In this document: in pieces, positions 39,921-53,220 of the stretch
How positions within the stretch are numbered: the stretch's first letter is position 1
Layout of the letters: each line of letters begins with the position of its first letter
DNA from: Hamiltosporidium tvaerminnensis FI-OER-3-3
Lineage: Eukaryota > Fungi > Microsporidia
DNA length: 64,000 nt
NCBI GenBank assembly: GCA_022605425.2
Contig: CM061248.1
Coordinates: forward strand, 434,001-498,000
Direction of reading: 5' to 3'
Notes under the pieces: generated by a model
Told to the model about the DNA's origin: nothing
The model's database searches: none
What the model saw: only the letters and a program-made list of their open reading frames with translations
Position numbers and translations under genes: made by a program

Positions 39921-41954
39921 ATGTTTCAGCACGTTAGAACAATAAATCAGCAACATAAAATTATAAATTCATTCAATCTTCAAACAGTAACTACATATAC
40001 GAAATCACATGTATTTCAATATTCAATCCAAAATCTCTCACTTTTATTTGTTTCACCAATTCTTCCAGATATTCTTAAAATAGTTGAATACGAAAATATA
40101 ATATTTGTAATTTCAACTGATTTATGTATTCGAAAAATCGAAAGAGGTAGAATCACCATTGAAAAAAAATTATTTGAAAACTTTAACGAAATTATACCAT
40201 CTTTCGAAGATTGGACCGAAAAGGAGGTTCATTTCAAAACTAATATTACTCTTACAGTTTGTAATTCAATAATTGTCATTTCCTATATGAAAAAAATATA
40301 TTTGTTTTCCTTTTTATTGGAAAAATTAAATTCTTATGAATTAAGCAGTTGTATTCTTTGTTCGTTTCATCCACTTTCATATAAAAACAAAATAATTATT
40401 TATGATGAAAATCAAAAAATAATTCTATTTAATATAAATAAGAAAAAAATTATCCATCAATTTCATTGTTTGGAAAATGAATTCAATAATTATTCAAATA
40501 TAGAGAATATTAACAATAACATACATTTCTCTCAATCTTCAAATCCACATTCAGTACTACTATATAGTCATAATATTATTTTTCTTATAAATTTACAAAC
40601 CGATGAAATTCTTTTACGATTTGAATCTCCGAATATTACGTCGATTTCAATTTCACCATCCAACACACATATAATTTGTACAACAATCACAAATGAACTT
40701 CTTATCTACAATACTTATTACAAGAAAAATACACATCTATTTTCGGTTTACAATGATGGAATATTTTTACCGACAGAAGAAGATATTCTTTTAGTAACTG
40801 ATAATTCATGTTTAAAAACTTTAAAATTGAATAAATCAAAATTTGAGGCAATAATTGAACGACCAAGATGCTTGAAAAATGTTGTAGGAATAAATTATAT
40901 TGATGGAGGGGTTGTTATTGCTTCAAAACAAGGAATATTATATTACAGTCTTATTAAAGAAGAACAAAGTTATTTTGCTAAGATAAAGATAAAATTAGAC
41001 GTTAATGAAGATAATTCAAACTTAAAATATTACAATAGAATGGAATTTACAGATTTAGCACCTTTAATTTTTAATTCTTTTAGCACTACCGGCTTTATTG
41101 TTCTTAATTCATATATTTATAAACTTTCTTCTAAAAAGCTTTCATATTTCTTGTATGAACCTTCTCTTTCATCAATAAATATTTCTAAATGTTCCAATTT
41201 CATAATTATTGGGACATACAAAGGATCCATTTATATTCTGACGATCAAAAGCAAGTCAATAATGTCTGAATTTTCTACAACAAATTCACCTATTAAATAT
41301 GTTTCAATGTGTATTGTAACAGACAGAATAATTTTATGTTATAAAAACATTTTAGAAATCAGAAATATTTCTGGAGAACTTATTTATACCAAGGATTTCT
41401 CATGTATTATAAATATTACTAGTAATTATTCATTTATTGCGATCGGAAATTGTAATGGAATAGATATTTTATGTTATAAAACAGGTAAATTATGTAGAAG
41501 TTTACAAATAAAAAATATAAAATCAATAGAATTCTCAAATTTAAATAATTATATTGCCGTAATGACTGGTAAATTCAATATAGAGTGTTGCAAAGTAAGC
41601 AAGTTTACTGAAGCTGATCATGATTTTGTTTCATCACATAATAACATTTTTATTCTAGATATTTTAAGTGGAAAGGTTCTACAAAAGATCTTTCTTAATA
41701 ATGAAGTTGAATATTTAAAATGGAGTTCTGATGATGCCTTCATTATTATCAAATATAAAGATAATGATGAAATATTTATATATTTTGATAATGAAATATT
41801 TGATATCGACCATAATTTAAACTATTCAGAAATAAATGTTGAAAATCAAATATGTGTTGAAAATGAAAACAAATTTGATTACATGCAAGAATTATGTTTA
41901 AAAACACTATCATATTTGGAATATGAAAGAAATGATTTATTTACTACCGAATAA
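39921..41954 (+). CDS. WD40 protein, Utp21/WDR36-like (SSU processome)
   Basis: MFQHVRTI, YSIQNLSLLFVS and ISKCSNFIIIGTYKGSI resemble Utp21 motifs; beta-propeller-like repeats; CCC before ATG. Confidence 0.65.
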   Translation: MFQHVRTINQQHKIINSFNLQTVTTYTKSHVFQYSIQNLSLLFVSPILPDILKIVEYENIIFVISTDLCIRKIERGRITIEKKLFENFNEIIPSFEDWTEKEVHFKTNITLTVCNSIIVISYMKKIYLFSFLLEKLNSYELSSCILCSFHPLSYKNKIIIYDENQKIILFNINKKKIIHQFHCLENEFNNYSNIENINNNIHFSQSSNPHSVLLYSHNIIFLINLQTDEILLRFESPNITSISISPSNTHIICTTITNELLIYNTYYKKNTHLFSVYNDGIFLPTEEDILLVTDNSCLKTLKLNKSKFEAIIERPRCLKNVVGINYIDGGVVIASKQGILYYSLIKEEQSYFAKIKIKLDVNEDNSNLKYYNRMEFTDLAPLIFNSFSTTGFIVLNSYIYKLSSKKLSYFLYEPSLSSINISKCSNFIIIGTYKGSIYILTIKSKSIMSEFSTTNSPIKYVSMCIVTDRIILCYKNILEIRNISGELIYTKDFSCIINITSNYSFIAIGNCNGIDILCYKTGKLCRSLQIKNIKSIEFSNLNNYIAVMTGKFNIECCKVSKFTEADHDFVSSHNNIFILDILSGKVLQKIFLNNEVEYLKWSSDDAFIIIKYKDNDEIFIYFDNEIFDIDHNLNYSEINVENQICVENENKFDYMQELCLKTLSYLEYERNDLFTTE

Positions 41955-42114
41955 TCTTTTAAAGACTAAAGCATACTAAAAAAATTACCATTTTGATCAA
42001 ATACTGCCAATAAAATATACAGAAATTAATCTCAATCGCTTTTTAATTTCGATAACTATTTTGAAATAATTAGATATTAAAATTAATTAAAAAGTCATAT
42101 TTTTTTTCAAATTT

Positions 42115-45100
42115 TTACTTCTTAAATTTACTATTATAAATGGAATATTTCTTACTTATTTTAAATTTAAAATATAGATTATATATTATCAAATTTTAAT
42201 ATGTTTATAAAATATATATAGTTTAAATCAAAGATATTTACTTATTATGTATTTTATTTTATTTTTTAATCTTCATTATTGATCCTATTAATATAATTCT
42301 TTTCACAGCAATTATTTTACCTGCGGTAATTGATTGTGTAAAATTTATCATTGTTTGAAACAAAATTTGCTCGAATATTTTGTAGCCACAGTTATACTTT
42401 GTTCTATTATAAAAGTTAATTTTAAATTATGTGTTTTTGGTAGAATTAAATAGAGAGTATTTTTTAGAAAGTTCTAAAAATTGATATTGCTTATACTTTC
42501 TTATTACACTTTAATAAATTTAGTTTGATATTATATTGTAAAACAACCAGAATAATAATAACTGAAAAACTATATCTATAATTCAAAATAGCGAAAGAAA
42601 CCTGAGACTTTTGAGCTATAAAATAAGAAAAACTAGTCAAAATTGATATAATTAAAATTTAATAGTATAAAATCTTACTTTACAAAACAGAACTCCAGAA
42701 TTTTCTACAAAATTTTTTCAATGCTACACATACCGTGACTGGTCTTTTGACCGAGTTCACACTTCTTTTTAAAAAAATTAATATAATCTGATATATTCTG
42801 TCCATTTGACTAAATGAAATTTTCTACCATTAAAACAAAATCAATATTGTATCTTTGTTTTGAGTTTTTAAATATACTTTATGTATACTTATTTCTACTA
42901 CGACCGGTCAAATGACAGATATAATCTTTTATGCCTCTATCCAAGATATTTGATTATAGATTAGATGAGATTTGAATATAGGATATTGTATTCAGTGTTT
43001 TGCATTTTAACATAAACTCTTGGTGTTAGTTAATTCCAAATAATTGTGAATTAAAATTTCAAGAAACTTAATGAAATTTTAGATATTATGTGGTATTTTT
43101 ATAAAAGAAAAGGTAAAGAAAATAATAATTATCATTATATGGCTTAATTAGCTATATTCAGATTAAAATAATATTTCATTTGACCATATAGAATGTCAAA
43201 AAAATTAATACGGCGAGTAAAAGATATAAATAATACTGCGAATAATGTTCAGAAACTACTGAAGAGATTTATTTTCTCAAAATGAAGATGTGTCGTTTTC
43301 GAGATGATAATGATTTATTTTACGATGTGCTTCAATATACAAATAATAAAGATGAAGAAGAAATCTGTTTGAATATAAATCTTAAACGAAAAAGAACCAG
43401 ATTATTTTCGGATTCTTAGGACTAGAGAGATAAAATAAAGAGCTTGTTGCAAGTAATGTATATGTTTAAAATGACATAAAAAGACGTGATACAGCTTGAA
43501 AAATTCCAATACATAATTTATTTAAAGAAAAAGAACCAACATGATATGTTAAGCATCAAATTTTGGCAGCCAAATTTATGAAAGCATTTTCATTGGTAAT
43601 TGAAAACCATGATATGTCTATATACCAACATGCACAATAGAAAAAACGAAGATTGTGTAAGGAATAAATTGAAGGTTATTTCAAGAAAAACTAGACGTAG
43701 ATATTAGAAATATATAGGCAAAAGGTGTTTATGAAACAAATAATTCAATTTTTTTCTGTAATAAAACATTGGTGTCTCGATTTTTCTCAGAAACTATGTG
43801 TAGAAATAATTTTATCGAAATTCTTAATTTTGGATTCTACAAAAAAAGAGAAGTGAATCCAACCATTAAAACTTATAAAATTTGTGATATATCTATAATA
43901 TGGAATTCATTTATAACGGTAGCCGAAAATGTTAAAAACCGAATGCACATATTAGTATAAACTAACATATATTTGTGCCTAAACTAGGTGTGTATATATT
44001 TAGAATAAATGCCAACTAAGCAAATAAATTTTTGCTACTATTAGACTTCGAAAGCAAATACCTTATTAGTAACTTTTCATATCCTCGAAAGAATGAAAAA
44101 GAACTCTAGTTGACGCAAACTTGGGAATATCTTGTACTTAAGTTCTGGAATCATTTACAGCTTGTCTTGGAACTGTAACGACAGATAGTTTCTTCACGAG
44201 TAAATCCCTAAAAACAATATATAGAACAAAACAATACATTGCTTGCTAAAATACAATAAAAAAAAGAGAATTATTATCCATTCTTAGGTAATAAAAGATG
44301 ATCTGGAACGACTTTCATCTAAAATTTTAGAATGATAATTTTTCTTTTGATATCTATAAATTTGAATCTAAAAAAATCTTTTAGTTGGTTCTAAACATAA
44401 ATCCTTAACGGTTGAAAACTGTTATAATGTTCACCGGAAACTTTTTTATGGTAAAAGAACTCCGAATTCAGTAAAGATTTTGCTGTTCAAATGAGATAAA
44501 TATGTTACAAAATTTATTCTTGCAAATAGTCAGGTCAAATTTTTTCCAATATCAGTATTTAAATGGTGAAAAGGCTTGGATAATGTTCAATCAAACAAAA
44601 ATAGAAAATATCTCGATACAAGAATTTTTATTTCGGTTTGCAGTAGAATTTGTAGTTTGCTTGCGAAAAGTCTGTAAGCAACCATAATCATAAACGAATA
44701 TAAAAGAGCATTGACTAAATATACAACGGTTTCTTACAGACTTAAACGTGTCAATAGAATACAGCTATTGAAATAAATTTATTAAGTTTTTTTCTACCGT
44801 GAAAAATATGTTTGCATAAAATCTACAATATAGATATTTTTTATGCGTAAAAAACTTTTATCAATATATTAAAAATTTATTATAATTCTTATTTTTAGCT
44901 TTTATAGAAATAAATAATTTGCATCTTTGTCTAATTTTAATATAATTTCTTTTTTTTATATTCTTCTTAATATCAAATTTCATTTATTTTATCATGAAAT
45001 ATTAAGACCGATCACTTGACCGGTTATTGTATAAATAAATATAATTAGTGTTAAGATTGAAAATACACCGGAAAATTTTAAATTAACTGTCGAATTTCTA

Positions 45101-45656
45101 TGAAAAAAAAATCAGAAAGAAATTTTGGATTAACATTTGTCCATGGGTTTGAGAGAATTTTAAAAGGTATGCTAGATCTATTTTATACTACAAACTATAA
45201 TAGTCTTTCTTTAGATCGAAATTTTGATTATAACATTCTTTTGTGTTAGATAAATATTTATCATTGCGGTAGAATAATAATAACAGCTGCGTATTTGAGA
45301 ATAAACTTGTGCTTAAGACATTAAAATTAAACTAGATTTCGGAATCTAGCAAAACAATACAATATACGACATCATTTCGATCTAATAATTTTTCTAAATT
45401 TTCAATTTTATACTTTCATATTTTCAATAAATATTACACGTGTAGAAATATAAATTTTTTGTTTATTTCATACTTACAGACTAAAAAAATTACACTGTCG
45501 TAAAATTTGTTAATTAAGCACTGATAGAGACTATATACAAAGATAACATGTTTGTATAAGCAGACATAGACTTATGGGTGTATATAAGTCTGTATATATA
45601 ATAGAAATAAATTTTCTAACTTTCTAGAGCCTGCAAAGAATAAGTAGAATATATTT
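42115..45656 (+). repeat. Inverted segmental duplication, arm 1 (partner 60458-64000)
   Basis: Reverse complement of 60458-64000, mostly near-identical; the same 63-aa ORF appears at 43769 (+) and 62154 (-). Confidence 0.95.
42722..45050 (+). mobile_element. Decayed piggyBac (CACTA-type termini)
   Basis: Right end TAGTG|TTAA (45046-45054), left TCAA|TGCTA; subterminal GGTCA..TGAC(C) motifs at both ends; transposase remnants FFSETMCRNNFIEILNF, IWNSFI, VTTDSFFTSKSL. Confidence 0.8.
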
Positions 45657-47692
45657 GGCCATACGAAAAAGGCAACAAAGTTTGTACCAAAGTACTTTGT
45701 TTCTTGAAAAATGAAAAAAAAGGCTGCAAAATGTTTTAGTAGTGAAGAAAATAAAAACGTCTATAAAAAAATCAAATATTCGGCAAACTAAATATCTATT
45801 TTGAGCCAAACCAAAAATAAGACACCTAAACACCTCAAATATGTTCAAAACTTTTTTTCATATTCTACATATTATATTTTTCTGATGAATCCCAAGTTTC
45901 ATTGAAATATATCTTCATATAAAGCATTGCACCAAACTATGACACCTGTCTATTGATTTTTTATCGAAGTTAATTGAATAGTAGATACATAATTTCACAA
46001 ATTAAACTGAAATCACTCAAAGAAAATTTTTTGATCAGTTTTTAGATTCTAGAAAACAGTTTGAGGAATACCTGAAAAAGTAAAAAAAATTCTCTGGAAG
46101 CACTGATTCAATCTATACCCGCCGTTATTATCAACTTATTTAAAGCAAATCCGATAATTTGTAGCAAACAAAATGGAAAATTTTAAAAATCCGACGTCGA
46201 ATTATCAATGTTTTTAGTAAATTGATTTTTCTTGATATCAATTAAAAACATTCGAAGGTTAAATATTTATATAAAGAAAAGAAATCTTAAAGGAAAAATA
46301 ACATACAACGATCCTAACTCAAAAAATTTCTAGCAATTTTGTAGCTAGAAAAGTTGGGTTTCCGTAAATTGAATAGCCAAATCATAATTTATCTCCATCA
46401 TATACAATATAAGCGACATAAGTATTATAAAATCTACATAGGCACGCTATTACAAGGAAGAAATTAGTCGAAACCCAAATTTTGGAAAGGTAAGCAGTAG
46501 GCTCCAATTTTTTTGGTAACTCGCTTCCAATTGTCTCTCTGCTAGACAATGTAACAAGCAAAAATTTGTATTACCGAAGCAAAGCTTTAAAGAAAAATGA
46601 TTGTAGTTTATTATAAACAGAATACGCACGCTGATTTATTCAAAGTCTAAGCACGAAAAAAATATATTTGTATGTATTTGCCGAAAAAAGAGTGAAAACA
46701 ATGCTAAAAATATATTTAAAAAAATATACCGCGTATTGAGATATTCAGTTTATGATATTGTCGCGCGATAAGTAAGAAATATATTTTTAAAATGATGTTT
46801 TCTAGTAAATTCCGAGTTTTTGGTGTGCTATATTGAACTAAAACGGTAAGATGATCCCTGCAAATAATCGAAGAGCTTTTCTATTTGATCATTATAGGAA
46901 CAGATACCTTCTTGATGAATTTACATAAATAATTAATTAGCATCTGACTAAAAAGCTGTTAAACTTATGGTATTAATATTTCTTTATGATGAAACTTACT
47001 ATTCATTATACATTTATAAGATATTGTAAATGTTATATGTTGAGAAAAACGCCTTTATCCCATGATTTACTTTGTACTTGATATTTGATCTTAACGAATT
47101 CAAATTTATATTTGACTATATATCAAGAGTCTGTTTGTAGAATATCTATGGGTTTATATGAAAGCGCGTAAAACCAGCATTTTAGCTGTACTTAAATACG
47201 GGGTTGATTGTTAGAACTGGTTGGATTATTCACGAAGTATGCGGAAAGCAACAGAACAGACTCTTTAGAATTTTCGAAAGAAATTAGAATCTATGAAAAA
47301 TCTATAGAAGCTTTTTTCAGAGCCAAAATTGCGTACAATTGAGTAATCGGGCTATGTGTATAAAGTATATCCCTGCCTCATACTATCATATTTTGATCTT
47401 GAAATTCGTTAATTTCAAATCCAACACTAGAAATTTGGGTACTATGAAGTAAAAATACTGGCTTAAATAGAATAAAAAGGAATCACTTGAAGAAAATGTT
47501 TTCTTGATTTTATAATTTCTAGTGATGAATTTCTTTTTTAAACGATTAATAAAAAACATGAAAGCAGAATACATAAATAGGGTAAAGTAAAGAAAAATCT
47601 ATGAAGTAAAGATGATTTCAAGCTCCTTCGGGAAAAGTCCAATACCTATTATAATGACACAAAAGCTTAAAATTGTCATTCAAAATATATTT

Positions 47693-47920
47693 TATCCATT
47701 TTTGGCATTACAGTCCCGCACGAGTCTTGGCCTTTCTCGGTAATACCGCTCACCACTTTTTTCTCGGCGCGGTTGTTTACTTTTCGGGTTTCGTAACAAA
47801 GTGATTTTAAAGGGTAGGGCATTAGCCCTACGCCCAACTCTAACCTGGAGGTTCAGTCCCTTTTTAGTAGCCTCTTACGACAAGAGGAGAATTCTCCAAG
47901 CCAATTCTGCTCCCGGCATG
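47693..47920 (-). mobile_element. Bipartite RTE-derived SINE-like element, copy C
   Basis: Homologous to copies A and B; perfect 13-bp TSD TCAAAATATATTT (47680-47692, 47921-47933). Confidence 0.9.
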
Positions 47921-49464
47921 TCAAAATATATTTAGAATATAAAAAGAGAAATTGACCTATGATAAATTTTATAATAAATATTGTTAATCATTTAGAAAAT
48001 CAAATCTTATTTATATTTAACAATAATAATGTGAAATAAAACCTGGTATTTCATTTAGAAATATAAAATATCTGATCAAAAAATACTTCAGAAAAAGTAT
48101 TTAAGCTAAATTAAACGAGAAAATTTTTGCCCTGCACTATGGAAATGAAATCCATCTATTAAATCTAAGGTTGATTATTGAAAATTATTGAATTTGGAGA
48201 TTACCCATAATTTACTTTTTAACGAATAGATCTAAACAACTTTTGGAGCTTTCTGAAAAAAATATGATCACAAAGAAGCAATTGCAAAGTTTCTAAACTA
48301 TAATAATTCCAGCTTGGATCAATGAATTTTTTTTGGGATTTTTAGGTGAAAGAAACAAGTTTTAAAGATAAAATTAGAAATTTTATTCGTTTGATTTATT
48401 ATTAAGTTAAAAGTATAAAATTACGATTTTTATTTTAAAATTATACAAATCAAGTTTTTTGGTATAGTAATTTATTGTAACACACTACAAGTATTGATTT
48501 ACTAAATGAATCCGTTTTCTGCTCTATTAAGACTTAAAACTATTTATGATTTAGAAATAAAATTTCAGACTTGTTGACAGTTTGAAGAATTGATAGAATA
48601 TACAAAGATTTTATTTAAAAAACAAGCCACATAAACATATTAAGCACAACCAGTACGAAAATTGATGCCTTTTTTCATATATTTAAAGCCAAAAATTAAA
48701 GTCTACAGTATAAATTATAAATAGAATTTTTAGTAAATTTTTGAAAACGTGATAGTGGAACTATTAGTTTTTTTGTAAGAAATCAAGAAGAGTTCCAAAT
48801 ATTAGATTCAAATGTTTTTTTGGCATATAATTTAATGTGATCACAGTCGTGCAGGTCTGAAATATTTTAGAATTTGCTTAGAACTGTCGAAAGCACCGAA
48901 AAACCGAAATATTGAATTACTAAAAAAAGATGTAAATTATGCATTATAGAAATAGATTTTAAATAATCTCTTTTGTGATAATTCTGACAGTAATTACCTA
49001 AATACATCATAACATTTTAAATTTCGGCAAAAAAAACTATTCTAAATTCGGGGTTTTGAGGCAAAAAAATCGAATGTCTTCTCTTTGATTGATAAAGAAG
49101 TTTTTACTCGACAATTGTGGGTTTTTTTTGGAAAATATCAGTATGAGATATCATACAGAAAGCACATATATTTAAACAATGCAAATAATGTTCCAAGTTC
49201 AACAATGAATCCTATATGTAATGATGATCAAAAATTGGAATGTTGAATTCTCATCTATAATAAATATAATTTAAGTCATACAATTATTCAAAATATAAAA
49301 GAGGAATTTAATGTATAAGGCTTGGTTAAAAAGGCGGTAAATAGGTAAAATATAACAAAAAAAACATAGAGAGAATCAATCCGATATAGAAAAATGATAG
49401 TGTTTAAAATATTAAGAAAAAAATCCTTTGAAACTAGTAAAAATAACTTGATTAAAAATTTGAT

Positions 49465-51423
49465 TTATTGTATTAACCATAGAATTATAAATATTCCTAT
49501 ACTGCCAATCACCATACTAAAAACCAATACTATCATATATTTGTCTTCTCGTCTAACAATACATACTCCGCTATTACACAGACCTTTGTTCCCACTATTA
49601 CTAAGGCATTCACTACGATTGGGCATAGAGATATATTGTTGAACACATTGACCGTTTTCATCGACACAACTTAAAGTACAGCTTTTTGAACACGTAGGAC
49701 TATATCTAAGTCCTAACCGAGCACAAAGTAGATTTCTATTTATACATAAATTTTTCATACAAAATCCACCTAGACATGGCGAATTATCAGGTAGATTCAT
49801 ACATTTATCTTCATAAACATTGGATTTTGTTTCATATGTAAATTCTTCTTTGCAAAATAAAGCTCGTGGAGTACAATCGGAACTATAACATAAAGAACCA
49901 AAGGGTAAAAAACTATCACAATTGTCATTCACCAGATGATTCTTTTTTTTCTTACTTATTTTTTGAAATGTACTTAAAGGTTTCTGGCTAATTTCTAATT
50001 CAGTCTCAATAAAATTATCTCTTAGTGTTTCTTTTAAAATATCATAAACTTTATTTATTGTACAATTACTCATAAAATAATCATTTTCTCTACATTCAAC
50101 ACATCCAATATCTTCCATTAAATATCCATTTTTATCACAACCTTCCTCATCATCGTGATTTACACCAAAACTATGTAATACCTCATGTGCTACAACTCTT
50201 CCGCCATAAAAAATTGAATCGAATGATCTTAAAGTAACATAAATAAAATTATTTTTTTGTATTTGATCGTTTATATAAGAAAGCCCATCTATTTCTACCT
50301 TCGAATTCGTTGAAAGTAAAATATAAAAATATGAAGGCGAAAGCAAAGAGAGATTATAAGTTTTGTTAATAATCAAAGAAAACCAGACAGAAAAATCATA
50401 CAGATTTTTGCTCATATAATCTTTATAAGAATCTATATGAGAAATAGTATTGTCATCAAAATAATTGGCTCTTTCTCTTTCATCGCCATCAAAATCAGCC
50501 TTTTTAGAAATAAAATCACCCGTTTTCGTTTTATAGCCTACAATATTTAGAATCCCCATCAATTGGACATTTATTTTCAATCCATGATAGTCTTCTCTGC
50601 TTAAAATATCAGCAGTGCGTCTAAAAATTTGATTTGTATTTTTTAAAATATCATTTTTGTGTAATTCTAGGCGGGGAAGATCATTTATAAAGAAAATTTT
50701 TAAATCAACTGTATTCTTTTGTTCTTCAAGTATTTTCTTTGTTTCTATCACATTATTTTGTTTATTTTTAATGAATGGTTCATTATTACCGTGGTTTTCA
50801 TTTCTATTATATATTCTAATAATTTTGTAAGCATATACCGTTCCGTTGTATGGTTTTATTTCTTTTTCTTGTGTTATTTCGTAATATACATTTTTATAAA
50901 CAAATTTGCCTTTTATGGTGTTACAAAGATCAAATTCACCATAAGAAGAAGGGTCTTTTATAACTTGACACGAATATAAACATGGGTGATGCTTTAATAC
51001 AGGAATATATAGTGTTTTCCTTTTTATTGGATCTTGATTTGTATTTGAAAATATATTGGATTCTTTATTGTACATTCCTTCTGTGTTTCCAAGATTAATA
51101 TCATTTTTATATTCGCTATATAAAATATTTTTTTCCTTTTTAATTTCGGGATTAGAAATTTCATTTTTATAGCCAAAAAATAAATTGCTTCCTTGAATCG
51201 ATGAGCCATCCTCTATTTCAAGATCATACGAATTGTCTAAAAGTATGATTTTAAATTCTTCTGAAAATGCCTTAAAAGACATGTAAATACGAGGTGTAAA
51301 AATTGTTGGCAATTCATTATTTGCTGTAAAAAATACTGGATAAACAATTTCGGTATCATCGTATATTTCATTTGGTCTATTTATGGATAAATATGTATGA
51401 AACAATATAAAAAGAACTATCAT
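49465..51423 (-). CDS. ADAM/reprolysin (M12B) zinc metalloprotease, membrane-anchored
   Basis: Signal peptide, prodomain (CLYSCQV..DLCNTIKG), HEVLHSFGVNHD zinc motif, Met-turn GYLM, Cys-rich region, C-terminal TM helix. Confidence 0.9.
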   Translation of the reverse strand: MIVLFILFHTYLSINRPNEIYDDTEIVYPVFFTANNELPTIFTPRIYMSFKAFSEEFKIILLDNSYDLEIEDGSSIQGSNLFFGYKNEISNPEIKKEKNILYSEYKNDINLGNTEGMYNKESNIFSNTNQDPIKRKTLYIPVLKHHPCLYSCQVIKDPSSYGEFDLCNTIKGKFVYKNVYYEITQEKEIKPYNGTVYAYKIIRIYNRNENHGNNEPFIKNKQNNVIETKKILEEQKNTVDLKIFFINDLPRLELHKNDILKNTNQIFRRTADILSREDYHGLKINVQLMGILNIVGYKTKTGDFISKKADFDGDERERANYFDDNTISHIDSYKDYMSKNLYDFSVWFSLIINKTYNLSLLSPSYFYILLSTNSKVEIDGLSYINDQIQKNNFIYVTLRSFDSIFYGGRVVAHEVLHSFGVNHDDEEGCDKNGYLMEDIGCVECRENDYFMSNCTINKVYDILKETLRDNFIETELEISQKPLSTFQKISKKKKNHLVNDNCDSFLPFGSLCYSSDCTPRALFCKEEFTYETKSNVYEDKCMNLPDNSPCLGGFCMKNLCINRNLLCARLGLRYSPTCSKSCTLSCVDENGQCVQQYISMPNRSECLSNSGNKGLCNSGVCIVRREDKYMIVLVFSMVIGSIGIFIILWLIQ

Positions 51424-51847
51424 ATTATTTACAAATTTTTTTTTATTTATAAGTAAAACAAAGTTTTAAATTTATATAAAATCAAATATAATATTAACAA
51501 TATCTAAGCAAAATGAATTTTCATAATATTTCTTAGTAAAACAATATCAGCATTTTATAAACAATTTTTTTATTGCGGTAAAATAATTTATAACATAAAA
51601 ATATTATTTTTTCTGATATAATCAATCAAAACCAAAGAACTTATTAGCAATGAAAAATAAATATTTTGCAAATAATTAACTGATTTGAGCATGTTTATTT
51701 CTTCAATATATTAATTCACGTGGATAAAATAGTTTATAAAAACTTAGATTAAAAATTATTTTTTATGCTTGTCGTATATATGAAATGAGTGTGAACACAT
51801 TATATATATTTATGATATACATTCAGAGAATATTTTTACAACATAAT

Positions 51848-52558
51848 TGGTGCAAATTGATAAACACACCAAAACTATCGGTTTGGCAATGACTTGGTGA
51901 AATTGATGTGGAAATTGTTTTTTTGAATTTTTAGTGGGATGAGAACCGTGCTACATTTAATGTTATTCTCTGGTGTGATGTACATGAAGGTTAATGTAAG
52001 CAAAAACTCTACAAATTAGTTTATGTTTTTGATTGTAATTAGATTTTAAACCACAACCGGGTTTGTAAATAATGGCAAAAAAAAGGATTCGAAATTTAAT
52101 CTTGTTCACTCAGAATAGCAAGCTTATAACAGTCAGTAGATGCAAAAAATATTTCTTTTCAAAATCCAGGAAATCCAAGTAGCCAGTTATAACCGCTTGT
52201 ACAACTTTTCAATGCATAGGTAGACTCTATATAATCACCGAGGTATATCTTGGCTACATATCTATTGGGTTTGTAATGTTTAGCTTAAGTGAAAATAATG
52301 CTGATCTTGATTTAGAAAATGTGGTTCGACATGCGATCACAATATACACAACATAGATTAACGATTCCGAGAGCTGTCTGGCTTGTTAAATTGATTTAAA
52401 AACCTTTTATATTATAATATTTTCACTGTAAATATCGTAAAAAATACCATGGATATTGGGAAGCAGCCACTTTTTAAAAACTTAGAGCCGGATTACCGTA
52501 TGAAAACACCATATAAATTGCCCGCTTTTATAGAAGAAAATTATACATATTAAATAAT
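51848..52558 (+). mobile_element. ~730-bp non-coding element, copy E (most diverged)
   Basis: Colinear blocks TTGGCAATGA..GTGAAA, CACTCAG, CCAAGTAGCCAGTTAT, TATTGGGTT, ATTAACGATTCCG, AAACTTAGAGC, ATTAAATAA. Confidence 0.7.
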
Positions 52559-53220
52559 AAAACAAATTGGTTCGATTTTGATGGGAAAAATAACATTGAG
52601 ATATCTAATGCATATTTTTATCACAAAATCATTTTTAATTGAATTGGAATTTGATGCAAAAGACTTCTATATGTTAGCAGGAATCTATCAATACTTATTT
52701 TTTGTTTGTTACCTAATAGATATTTTAGGAAATGGAATTTAATATTCGAGTCGAGTCTTTTTAAGGCATCAGAAATATGCCGATATTGTCAATTTGATTA
52801 TTTCTAATTTGAGATATTTTACGATAAAAAAAACAGTTCATGCTCTTATTTTAAAACCTCTCCCCAATTTTAGATAATTACTAAAACTAAAAAATCAACT
52901 ATAAAAACGTATGGCTCGGTCAAAAAAATTACAAAAATTTATAATATAAAATAGATTCGAATACATTTTAATTTTTCCGGGTTTCTGTGACTTCTAGGGG
53001 GATTTTTATAAAATTTCTGTTGTTTTAAAATTTTAAAAAATCTGTTTTCTATGGTGTTCTTGAATGCCAGGATTTTCAAAACATTTTAAGTATATACAAA
53101 AAATTAAATATTTTTTGCTAAAGGTCATAATTTTACGTTATATTACGTTTTGTTGTTCAATTATGTTAGCATCTTAAAATGTTATAATTCAAAAATATAA
53201 TATTATATTATTTTATAACA

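Noticed and set aside
45560-45630. Helitron 3' end (hairpin AGACTTAT/ATAAGTCT then CTAG) explaining the duplication
   Set aside because: Homology continues ~30 bp past CTAG, the next base is not T, and the other end is outside the window
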